From a virus (Duplodnaviria > Caudoviricetes), in the IMG/VR virus record IMGVR_UViG_3300043428_000210, positions 1 to 45,830 of that record: a DNA stretch of 45,830 bases; one strand, given 5' to 3'. The stretch's first letter is position 1. The number at the start of each line of letters is the position of its first letter. Of this stretch, positions 10,085 to 17,868 are shown piece by piece. The position numbers and the translations under genes were made by a program. The notes beneath the pieces are model-generated. The model saw nothing but the letters and a program-made list of their open reading frames with translations, did no database searches and was not told the DNA's origin.

Positions 10085-11275
10085 ATGGCCGAGACCGTCA
10101 ATGTCTCAAGCTCGCCGGGGGCCAATTACACCTGGACCACTGGCAAGTTTGCATGGAGCAGCGCCACAGCCGGTAAGAACTGGACGAGTGCATTTCCGGC
10201 GGTCTACAGCCTGAGCGTGGCCACGGACATCGGTTTCATGGAGTTGATCCAGAAGCTGGGGATCAAGCGAAGCTCCGAAACCATTGCCTTTGCTGAGAAA
10301 CAAGGCAAAGGACTGGTACTGAACAAGTTCGAGGTCATGAGTTTCGCGGAGACCTACACGGACCTCATTGCCTTCGTTCTGAGGTTTGTCGAGTCCTTTG
10401 CGCTGGCAGAAAAGAACGGGTTTTCTAACACCAAACGGGTGTTTGAGGTGTTTCAGGTAGCCGAGGGGTTGGCGCGGCAGATTGCGCTGAGAAAGTACGA
10501 GACGCTGGCGCTGGCTGAGACCTACACCGACCTCATTGCGTTCATTTTGCGCGTGGGCGAAAGCTTCAGCTTTACCGAGAAACCATCGAAGGCGCTCACC
10601 AAGCCACAGGCAGAGAGTTTCAGGTTCACTGAGACGCTGTCCAGGTCGCAGGTAAAACGGATCTCCGAGGCGTTTGTGTTCGCTGAGGTTTTTGGACGGA
10701 CTGTTGCCTACCGCAAGGCGATCAGCGAAGGGTTCGCGATAGGCGAAGCGTTGCGCCGTGCGCAGACCTTGAAGCTGGCCGAGGTCATGAACCTGGCTGA
10801 GCAATACCGAAGGCGAGCCAACGGGGTCATCAGCGACATGATCGTCGCCAGCACCGAGATCACAGAGCAGGACTTCATGGACATCCTGGAGTCAGGCCAT
10901 CCACCGGGGTACACCAACTTCCGGGACTTCATTCAGGGCGACTACACCTACCAGCGGGCGCTGTTCAGGACGATTCTGACCTCCAGCAATGCTGATCGGG
11001 GCTACATCGATGGCCTGCGCGTCACGGTCGATGTGCCCGATGTCTTTGACCGTGGTACTGCCCAGGTGAGCAATGCGGCCAATGGCGTGACGGTTGTCTT
11101 TGCCCGGCAGTTTCGGGTCTCGCCAGAGGTCACGCTCACCTTCAAGGGGGGCACCACGGTGGCCGTCCCTCGAATCCTGGGTGCGGTTTCAACCACCGGC
11201 TTCACCGCAGTTCTTGAAAACACGTCCGGCACTCGAGTGACCGGAGCCATTTCTTGGGTTGCCCAAGGGTATTGA
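10085..11275 (+). CDS. Putative virion fibre/tip protein with ~19-aa ExFxFxE repeats and a gpJ-C-terminus-like end
   Basis: About 10 E-x-hydrophobic-x-hydrophobic-x-E repeats; C-term VDVPDV...F...F...PEV...TGFT...WVAQGY. Confidence 0.6.
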   Translation: MAETVNVSSSPGANYTWTTGKFAWSSATAGKNWTSAFPAVYSLSVATDIGFMELIQKLGIKRSSETIAFAEKQGKGLVLNKFEVMSFAETYTDLIAFVLRFVESFALAEKNGFSNTKRVFEVFQVAEGLARQIALRKYETLALAETYTDLIAFILRVGESFSFTEKPSKALTKPQAESFRFTETLSRSQVKRISEAFVFAEVFGRTVAYRKAISEGFAIGEALRRAQTLKLAEVMNLAEQYRRRANGVISDMIVASTEITEQDFMDILESGHPPGYTNFRDFIQGDYTYQRALFRTILTSSNADRGYIDGLRVTVDVPDVFDRGTAQVSNAANGVTVVFARQFRVSPEVTLTFKGGTTVAVPRILGAVSTTGFTAVLENTSGTRVTGAISWVAQGY

Positions 11276-11286
11276 TAGGGCATTAA

Positions 11287-12213
11287 ATGCAGAACTACAC
11301 CGAAATTCCATCGTCAACAACGCTGTCGGATTCGTTGTCTCAGATCCTGAACAACGACAAGACGGCGCTCTCACTCTCGAGCGGAACGTCTTTCCCGACG
11401 GTCAACCTGCAACTGGGCATGCCGTGCTTCAGGACCGATGAGCAAAAGCTCTACATCCTCACGGTGGTCAGCCCCGCTTCGTGGAAGATGGTCATTGACC
11501 TCTCGGCCACAGTGGGCAAGGTAGCCAATGCGGATTTGCTTGATGGCATCGACTCCACCGGTTTTGCCTTGTCGGGGCACAACCATGACGCGGCTTATGC
11601 GGCGCTTGGCCATAACCACAATGCCGCTTACCTGGGCATCACGGCCAAGGCTGCTGATGCTGACAAGCTCGATGGCTATGACTCGACAGCCTTTGTGCGA
11701 TCGGTCAACGGATACGGGCCGGATGCCAATGGCAATTCCAGTGTGCCCATTGATCTTTCGAGCCGTGTGGCTAAGTCCGGTGACACCATGACCGGAACCC
11801 TGACAGTTCCTAGACTGCAGATAGCCAGCACGGCGAACTATCTGGACATGGTCGATCAAGACTGGGGCACGCGCTACCTCCATCACAACCAGGGTCTCAT
11901 GGGATTTTTGAAATCCGATGGCAACTGGGACATGTACATGAACAACAGTGGCTCCATGTGGACGGCGGGTTATGGATGGTTGCATGACTACTTCTTCAAT
12001 GCAGTCAGCAACTGTTTCAGGAGCAGCAACCCTAGTGCTGGTTGGCAAGGTGCTCCCAACTGCGTTGCGAATACGGGTGATTACTACAACTGTGGAGATC
12101 AGGCTCCATACACGGGGATCTACATGTTGCGGCTTGCTGATGGTGGTTCAACCATCAGCTTCGGATCGCAAACCACCCGCTACAACTGCAATTGCGATTG
12201 CAACTGCTGCTGA
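11287..12213 (+). CDS. Tail fibre protein with Asn/Asp-Cys-rich C-terminus
   Basis: ADLLDGIDST / ADKLDGYDST repeats, GHNHD/GHNHN metal-site motifs, VRSVNG, VAKSGDTMTGTL (typical fibre motifs); ends YNCNCDCNCC. Confidence 0.85.
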   Translation: MQNYTEIPSSTTLSDSLSQILNNDKTALSLSSGTSFPTVNLQLGMPCFRTDEQKLYILTVVSPASWKMVIDLSATVGKVANADLLDGIDSTGFALSGHNHDAAYAALGHNHNAAYLGITAKAADADKLDGYDSTAFVRSVNGYGPDANGNSSVPIDLSSRVAKSGDTMTGTLTVPRLQIASTANYLDMVDQDWGTRYLHHNQGLMGFLKSDGNWDMYMNNSGSMWTAGYGWLHDYFFNAVSNCFRSSNPSAGWQGAPNCVANTGDYYNCGDQAPYTGIYMLRLADGGSTISFGSQTTRYNCNCDCNCC

Positions 12214-12222
12214 GGAAAGAAC

Positions 12223-13080
12223 ATGAAGCTTTATATTGGCAACAAAAACCCTCCCTTCGCCTTGGATGTTTCGCTCAATGGCACGCAACTTAACTTCAGC
12301 GTGCGGTCCATCATGCAGCGGGAGTTCGTTGGTGATCCCTCTAAGGATCACGCTAACGGTGGAAAGTTCTTTGACCAGTCACTGATCACCGAGTGGCGAG
12401 GCGACTTTGGTGTGTTTGGTGATCCGCTCTACCAGCGAACGCTGGATCTGGATTTATTGCGTCAGCACCCTGAATACTCAGATCACGCCAGTTTCATGCT
12501 CTATGCGCCCGTCGGTGTCATGGAACGGTACGGTACCCCGTCAGGATTCTTTCAGCAGACCCCAAATCTCTACGTGGCCACCCTGGCATCCAAGATGGAT
12601 GGGCAGGCCTTTCATGCCTCGGTGCTTCAAACCCATCCGATTGGTCACATCCTTGTGCCCTTCAAATCCTCCCCTATGGAGGACTGGACACTAGGCTTCA
12701 ATGTGTTTTCGCCAGAGTTGGTTAAGGCCAGTCGAAACATCGAAATCATCCCTGCCATCACGCTGGCGTTGGTTCGGGACGAAACCTTGCCCGTGGTTCG
12801 GTTTATCGGTGGCCCATCCATGAATGTCTCAGCAGGCGGTGATGTGAGCATTGATTTCCGGCTTGAGACCCCAGATGGTGACCCGATTGAGGATCGAGAT
12901 GCCGAGGTTTATCTGGAGTCCACCGCTGGGTACCTTGTTGCCCGACGAGTCAGAACCTCTGGTGGCTCAGGCTGCACGGTCTTCAGACCGGATGGCATGG
13001 CAACAAGTGATGTGGCCAAGATCAAGGTGGGGTTCAAGTACTTTTCGGGCACCGATGACCTGCTGGTGAATGTCCAATGA
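12223..13080 (+). CDS. Hypothetical protein with a possible Ig-like beta C-terminal domain
   Basis: GAGGA RBS, 9 nt after the fibre stop; ATGA overlap with the next gene; beta-strand-like C-terminal ~90 aa. Confidence 0.75.
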   Translation: MKLYIGNKNPPFALDVSLNGTQLNFSVRSIMQREFVGDPSKDHANGGKFFDQSLITEWRGDFGVFGDPLYQRTLDLDLLRQHPEYSDHASFMLYAPVGVMERYGTPSGFFQQTPNLYVATLASKMDGQAFHASVLQTHPIGHILVPFKSSPMEDWTLGFNVFSPELVKASRNIEIIPAITLALVRDETLPVVRFIGGPSMNVSAGGDVSIDFRLETPDGDPIEDRDAEVYLESTAGYLVARRVRTSGGSGCTVFRPDGMATSDVAKIKVGFKYFSGTDDLLVNVQ

Positions 13081-13694
13081 GACTGAACCTGTTTCCCACG
13101 GCCGTGGGTTTATGGACGCTCAACACCCCTTCCAGCTTCGACCAGTGTTTGTACCAGGACCTGCTCAAGGTCCATGGTGCGATGAAGACTGGGGCTGGGG
13201 AAATCTGGGATCGGCATCCTCACGACATCTTTGACGGGTCTGTCTCCAGTGCCACCCAGCTGGCCCGTATGGCCTTGCCCGTCCTCCAGCGTAACTTTGT
13301 TGGCTCGCAGGGGCGAATCACCCATTTGCAAGGGCGCGAGGTTGTTCGAGTTGCTGGCGTGGAAATCATGCCGCACTCGGACGAAGACGAATGTCATCTG
13401 CAGGCGGTGTATTTCCCGAATGGCCCTGAGCTGGATCTCTCTCAAGACCTTCAGCAGCAGGTCAATCAATACGGACCGAACGCATTTGCCATCTGCAATC
13501 CGGACTGGCGTTCCTCTGGCTTTGGCAAATGCCTGATGCCTTGGGAGACCCACGCCAAGTACTGGATCAGACCCCACAGGGGTTTGCTTGTGGCCTTCGA
13601 CGCGCGAGCGGTGCATTTTCAGAAGCCCTATATGGGCGAGGCGCCCTTCCTGCAGGTGCTACTCAACATCAAGGTGGAAAGACTCGATGGCTAA
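13077..13694 (+). CDS. Putative 2OG-Fe(II) oxygenase (TIGR02466-like DSBH fold)
   Basis: N-term LFPT.V; PHSD (HxD)...LQAVYFP...P.RGLLVAFDAR..H...PY...VLLNI matches the family layout; the usual 2OG-binding Arg is not evident. Confidence 0.65.
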   Translation: MRLNLFPTAVGLWTLNTPSSFDQCLYQDLLKVHGAMKTGAGEIWDRHPHDIFDGSVSSATQLARMALPVLQRNFVGSQGRITHLQGREVVRVAGVEIMPHSDEDECHLQAVYFPNGPELDLSQDLQQQVNQYGPNAFAICNPDWRSSGFGKCLMPWETHAKYWIRPHRGLLVAFDARAVHFQKPYMGEAPFLQVLLNIKVERLDG

Positions 13695-15069
13695 ATTCCT
13701 GATCACGGCAGTGGATGCACGCACAGAAGCGGTTGTCCCCTTGCTTTACGACAACATGGACTCCAGCTTGACCGATTTACAGGGACGCTCGGTGGTTCGC
13801 ACAGTGGATGCTTCCCTACGTGCCCCAACGGTAGATGCCCCAGTGACATCCCGTGAAGCGCCTTTGGGTAAAACGTCCCCCCGCATCCTCAAAATCTCTC
13901 TGGGCTTGTCCTGCAATTACGCTTGCGAATATTGCTCGCAGCGCTTTGTCGCTCGAAATGTCGAGACCAATCCAGATGACATCAGCGAGTTCCTGGAATC
14001 CCTTGATACATGGGTTCTTAGCCCTCCAGATTCCATCGAGTTTTGGGGAGGGGAGCCACTGGTCTATATCAAGACCTTGAGGCCTTTGGTTCAGGCCTTG
14101 CGAGAGAAGTTTCCAGCAGCCCGGTTCTCTGTGATCACCAACGGATCGTTATTGAGCCGCGAAATCAACCAATGGCTCGATGACCTTGGTTTTGCGGTCA
14201 GCATCTCGCATGACGGGCCTGGCCAGCATGTGCGAGGACCTGATCCGCTCGATGACCCTCAATCCAGAGCGGCCATCCTGGAGTTGTATCGAACGCTGGC
14301 TCCCAAAGGCCGATTCAGCTTTAACGCCATGCTTCACCGCGAAAACCAGTCTCGCGCCGCCATCCAGGCCTTCTTCGTTAATCTCACCGGGGATCCAGAC
14401 GTTTTGATCGGGGAGGGCGGATTTGTCGACGCATACGATGCCGGTGGTATCTCCCAATCGCTGAGGCCAGTGGAGTTTCATTCCTTCAGGCGTCAAGCGT
14501 TTCACGATATCCGGTATGGCAAGGCTGGGCGTATTTCGAGCGTTCGGGATCGGGTCATGTCCTTCGTCAACTCATTGCGCTTCGAGCGCCCAGCATCCAG
14601 TCTGGGGCAAAAGTGCAGCATGGACCGGTTGGACTCGATCGCAGTGGACCTCAAGGGAAATGTGCTCACTTGCCAGAACGTGAGTGCAGCCGCATTGGCT
14701 CCAAATGGGGAATCTCATCGTATTGGTCACACCGGCCATCTTGGTGAGGTAGCCCTCAAAACAGCGACTCATTGGTCTCATCGCACGGAATGTTCTGGTT
14801 GCCCCATGCTGCAGATCTGCAAAGGCGCTTGCATGTTCTTGCAAGGACCTCTCTGGGAGGCGTCGTGCGACAACGCCTATTCGGATGCGTTGCCCATTTT
14901 TGCAGCCGGGGTTGAGTTCCTGACCGGATTGGTGCCAGTGCACATCGAGGGCGAGCTTCGTGAGGGACGCAAAGACATCTTCGGGTTCTCTGAGAGGACG
15001 GGGGCTACACAGGGCGAAATTCCTAAGCCAACAAGAAAACCTTTCCCGATAGCTATCGTCTCTGCCTAA
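13687..15069 (+). CDS. Radical SAM / SPASM-domain protein
   Basis: CNYACEYC (CX3CX2C), FWGGEPL, ITNGSLL, ISHDG; SPASM C-X13-G-X4-C ... CX2CX5CX3C-X11-C; ATG 13687 overlaps the upstream stop. Confidence 0.95.
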   Translation: MAKFLITAVDARTEAVVPLLYDNMDSSLTDLQGRSVVRTVDASLRAPTVDAPVTSREAPLGKTSPRILKISLGLSCNYACEYCSQRFVARNVETNPDDISEFLESLDTWVLSPPDSIEFWGGEPLVYIKTLRPLVQALREKFPAARFSVITNGSLLSREINQWLDDLGFAVSISHDGPGQHVRGPDPLDDPQSRAAILELYRTLAPKGRFSFNAMLHRENQSRAAIQAFFVNLTGDPDVLIGEGGFVDAYDAGGISQSLRPVEFHSFRRQAFHDIRYGKAGRISSVRDRVMSFVNSLRFERPASSLGQKCSMDRLDSIAVDLKGNVLTCQNVSAAALAPNGESHRIGHTGHLGEVALKTATHWSHRTECSGCPMLQICKGACMFLQGPLWEASCDNAYSDALPIFAAGVEFLTGLVPVHIEGELREGRKDIFGFSERTGATQGEIPKPTRKPFPIAIVSA

Positions 15070-15096
15070 CCACTCAACTTTCCCTTTCATATTCAC

Positions 15097-15126
15097 GGCC
15101 GCCATGGTTTGCCCTGGCGGCCTTTT
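15097..15126 (+). terminator. Terminator-like hairpin between the rSAM gene and the holin
   Basis: GGCCGCCA-tggtttgccc-TGGCGGCC followed by TTTT. Confidence 0.65.
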
Positions 15127-15141
15127 CATTTGGAGTAATCA

Positions 15142-15525
15142 ATGCCTGAACCTACTAGCTCTGGAGTCGCAGGAGCGGCAGCCGCCTACAAAGCCATTGG
15201 AGGTGCCGCTGGCGCTGCAGCCGGAGGGGCCACCCTGGCAGCTGTGGTCGTGATGCTTATGACACCACCCAGAACCATTCGCGAATGGACAGTTGGATTG
15301 ATCAGTACCGTCGTTTCCAGCATCTGTGGCGGAGCGATCACCGTCGAGTACTTCCAGCTTCATCACTGGGCGTTTTCGACGATCGGTCTGTACGCCATGG
15401 GCGGGGTGATCTTTGCCTGTGGCTTGCCGGGGTGGGCGATGGTGCGTTGGTTGTTCAATTTCATCGACGAGCGACGTGATGCATCGATTGACCAGGTTGC
15501 CAAAGACGTGAAGGAGCTGCTGTGA
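15142..15525 (+). CDS. Putative holin
   Basis: GGAG RBS; about 3 hydrophobic segments and a charged C-terminus; directly upstream of the endolysin. Confidence 0.75.
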   Translation: MPEPTSSGVAGAAAAYKAIGGAAGAAAGGATLAAVVVMLMTPPRTIREWTVGLISTVVSSICGGAITVEYFQLHHWAFSTIGLYAMGGVIFACGLPGWAMVRWLFNFIDERRDASIDQVAKDVKELL

Positions 15526-15986
15526 TAGCTGCTGAATTTTTCATGCGGCTGTCTAGCCCAGCAATTGAATCCCAGCGAAAGTCTGGGATCCCTGCCAGTA
15601 TCACGATCGCTCAGGCGGCACTTGAGTCCGCTTGGGGTGAATCAGGCCTGGCAAAAGCTGGGAACAACCTCTTCGGGATCAAGGCCGATAGCCGGTGGCG
15701 GGGTGAAACGCTGACCTTGAATACGCGTGAGTTCATCAAGGGGCAATGGCTGGTTGTTCCAGCCAAATGGCGGAAGTACGCCAGTTGGCAAGCCAGCATC
15801 GATGACCATGCTGCATTCCTCAGAGGCAACCCACGCTATCAGTCATGCTTCCTGTGCCAGACCACTGAATCATTTGCCCGTGCGCTGCTCAAAGCCGGGT
15901 ATGCAACTGATCCTTCCTATGCCGACAAGTTGCTCGGTTTGATTGCCCAGCACAAGCTCTTAGCCTTGGATCTGGAGTCGAAATGA
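15522..15986 (+). CDS. Endolysin, glycoside hydrolase family 73 (FlgJ/glucosaminidase-like)
   Basis: IAQAALESAWG (catalytic Glu), NNLFGIKA, GYATDPSYADKL. Confidence 0.92.
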   Translation: MIAAEFFMRLSSPAIESQRKSGIPASITIAQAALESAWGESGLAKAGNNLFGIKADSRWRGETLTLNTREFIKGQWLVVPAKWRKYASWQASIDDHAAFLRGNPRYQSCFLCQTTESFARALLKAGYATDPSYADKLLGLIAQHKLLALDLESK

Positions 15987-16483
15987 GCTGGTTCACTCGT
16001 TTGCTGATCTCCAATTGGACCCTAGTCCTCATGCCAATTGTATTGCTTGGCGTCTGGTTTAGCGGCGTTTGGGTGGGGGAGGGCTTCACTCAACGGGCGT
16101 GGGATGCCGAACGGCATCAGATAGCGCTTGCTCAAGCCCGCGAAAAACAAAAGTCGGCTGACATCAAACGCTCACAGGAGCAAATCAACCATGAAATCTC
16201 AAATGAATTCAATCAACGATCTGTGCGGTTGGCTGCTGATTTGCAGTCTCGCGGCTTTGTCAGGATGCGCAGCAGCCCCGCAGACGGTGTCGGGAGCGTG
16301 TCCGCCGTTTCCGCAACCTCCGGCGCCGTTGCTCCAGCCGCCTCCAACTCTGTATCTGTTGCCCCCAGAGATGAGGGAAAGATGAGCTGTGAGCAGTTAA
16401 GCAAGGATGCAGCTCAGACCACGTTGATGTTTCTCGAAATTCAGAGGTGGTATGAGCTCCAATCAAAAATCTTCAATGAATGA
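15983..16483 (+). CDS. i-spanin (Rz-like)
   Basis: Single N-terminal TM helix then coiled coil; follows the endolysin; contains a nested lipoprotein ORF. Confidence 0.75.
   Translation: MSWFTRLLISNWTLVLMPIVLLGVWFSGVWVGEGFTQRAWDAERHQIALAQAREKQKSADIKRSQEQINHEISNEFNQRSVRLAADLQSRGFVRMRSSPADGVGSVSAVSATSGAVAPAASNSVSVAPRDEGKMSCEQLSKDAAQTTLMFLEIQRWYELQSKIFNE
16191..16385 (+). CDS. o-spanin (Rz1-like lipoprotein) embedded in Rz in the +1 frame
   Basis: AGGAG RBS at ~16176, ATG 16191; lipobox LSGC; Pro-rich CPPFPQPPAPLLQPPP. Confidence 0.82.
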   Translation: MKSQMNSINDLCGWLLICSLAALSGCAAAPQTVSGACPPFPQPPAPLLQPPPTLYLLPPEMRER

Positions 16484-16590
16484 CGAAGGACTATGGGCTA
16501 CGCAGCAACACTTGATCCTGGAATCTGCTGAAGTACTTGGCTTTTGCGTTCAAAAAAGCGTTCATGTGAGCACATTTGAAGGAGCATGAA

Positions 16591-16881
16591 ATGAGCTACA
16601 GATTCAAGAAGGCCATCATTGACGACATCATCGCTCGCAACATTGAAGTCGATCTGCAAGATAAGCTGCTTGACTTATTCGAATCGGCTATGAAATCGGT
16701 GGCTACGACGCTGGTGCGTGAGGCAAAATTCGACACCACTGACTTTTCCTCTGCCAAAGAGCGTGGTTGCGAAGGTTTTACGTTGCTAATGCGTCGCGCC
16801 TGCGCCGACTTACGCGATAGCTGGTTCGGCACCTTTCAGCGCGGAGATGAGTGCATCGATGTGATCGGGCATTTGGAATAG
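16591..16881 (+). CDS. Hypothetical protein (post-lysis moron)
   Basis: AAGGAG RBS then ATG 16591; 96 aa; no recognised motif. Confidence 0.7.
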   Translation: MSYRFKKAIIDDIIARNIEVDLQDKLLDLFESAMKSVATTLVREAKFDTTDFSSAKERGCEGFTLLMRRACADLRDSWFGTFQRGDECIDVIGHLE

Positions 16882-16885
16882 CGCA

Positions 16886-17836
16886 TCAATCCTCGATTTC
16901 GAGAACGTCCCAGTCCGCCGGGCGTGCCTCGCCAGTTTGATAGAACTGTTTTACTAGCTTCACGTATTCCAGGAAATCTCGGTTTTCGGTAGCCAGCCTG
17001 TTGGCCATATCCCAATCAATCTCGTCACGCTCACGCGCAGGAATCAAAACTTGGCTATCGGCGGGGTTGTCGACGTCCAGCTTGATGAAGCCTATGCCGT
17101 GAGCTGCGAAGAGCATTCGCAGCTCTTTCAGAGTGTCGGTACCGCCGATTTCCGCCGCTACCAAGTAGCCAAAGTTAGCCCACGACGAATTTGATACGGC
17201 CTGAAAGAAGCACTCACGTGCGTTTGAGCGGTTGATCAGCAGCTTCGCCTCGAACGACCATAGTTTGGTTCGCTTGTCAGAATATTCTGTGACGCAGTCA
17301 CGCACTTCGCGGTGCCATTCTCTGCCTAGATCCTCCATGCCGACAACGTCCGGATATAGCCAACGATTGCCGTTAGGTCCGCGCTTGTTCGATGAACGCT
17401 TTTCATCGATGCGTCTAGAGAACACACCAAACTCTTCCCACAAGTACTGCGACAACAATGGGTACAGCATGTGCTCATCTATTTTTGAAGCATTCGTATC
17501 TGCTCCCGACGCGACACTCCCTTCGCTTTCGGCGGCAGCTACCTCAGCGCTGTCTGATTGCTTTGAATAGTAGTACTTTCGAGGTCGCCCCTCGGTGGTT
17601 TTTATCTCGGGATTCCTTGCTTGCATTCGCGGGCGCTGCGAGCTGATTTCCGCAACTAGCTGCTGCACCAAGCCCGCATCAGACTTGATGTAATCTCCTC
17701 GGCTATTGGCTCGCTTTTCCTGGCATTCCTCTGTGTAAGTGGTGAACACCCACTCTGCGATTTGCCTTGCGCTGAATTTTTCCTCAGGATGATCTTTCAG
17801 ATAGCCGATGACGATCCTTGCGAGATTTAGTGCCAT
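16886..17836 (-). CDS. COG2958 / HrgA-like protein (N-terminal HTH plus PD-(D/E)XK-type domain)
   Basis: QQLVAEI...TTEGRPRKYY; EHMLYPLL..YL; NRWLYPDVVG...SFEAK...FFQAVSNSSWANFGYLVA. Confidence 0.8.
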   Translation of the reverse strand: MALNLARIVIGYLKDHPEEKFSARQIAEWVFTTYTEECQEKRANSRGDYIKSDAGLVQQLVAEISSQRPRMQARNPEIKTTEGRPRKYYYSKQSDSAEVAAAESEGSVASGADTNASKIDEHMLYPLLSQYLWEEFGVFSRRIDEKRSSNKRGPNGNRWLYPDVVGMEDLGREWHREVRDCVTEYSDKRTKLWSFEAKLLINRSNARECFFQAVSNSSWANFGYLVAAEIGGTDTLKELRMLFAAHGIGFIKLDVDNPADSQVLIPARERDEIDWDMANRLATENRDFLEYVKLVKQFYQTGEARPADWDVLEIED

Positions 17837-17868
17837 TTACATTTCCCGATTCAGAATGTTATGGTTTA

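Larger units (their letters stand above)
1..16881 (+). mobile_element. Prophage late region (lambda-like Siphoviridae tail, fibre and lysis modules); left end lies outside the window
   Basis: Co-oriented, tightly packed genes in canonical lambda order: tube-G/T-TMP-M-L-K-I-J-fibres-holin-endolysin-Rz/Rz1. Confidence 0.95.

Noticed and set aside
11900-12300. Diversity-generating retroelement targeting the AAC-rich fibre C-terminus
   Set aside because: No reverse transcriptase and no second template-repeat copy of this segment found in the window; a remote DGR cannot be excluded
13588-13686. Extended GTG start for the radical SAM gene
   Set aside because: It would overlap the oxygenase by about 100 nt; ATG 13687 has an RBS-like AGGTGG and a typical short overlap
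13687-15069. Radical SAM as QueE (7-deazaguanine DNA modification), NrdG or anaerobic sulfatase maturase
   Set aside because: At 460 aa with a full SPASM domain it does not fit QueE or NrdG; no queCD/folE/dpdA, nrdD or sulfatase nearby; its context is the tail operon
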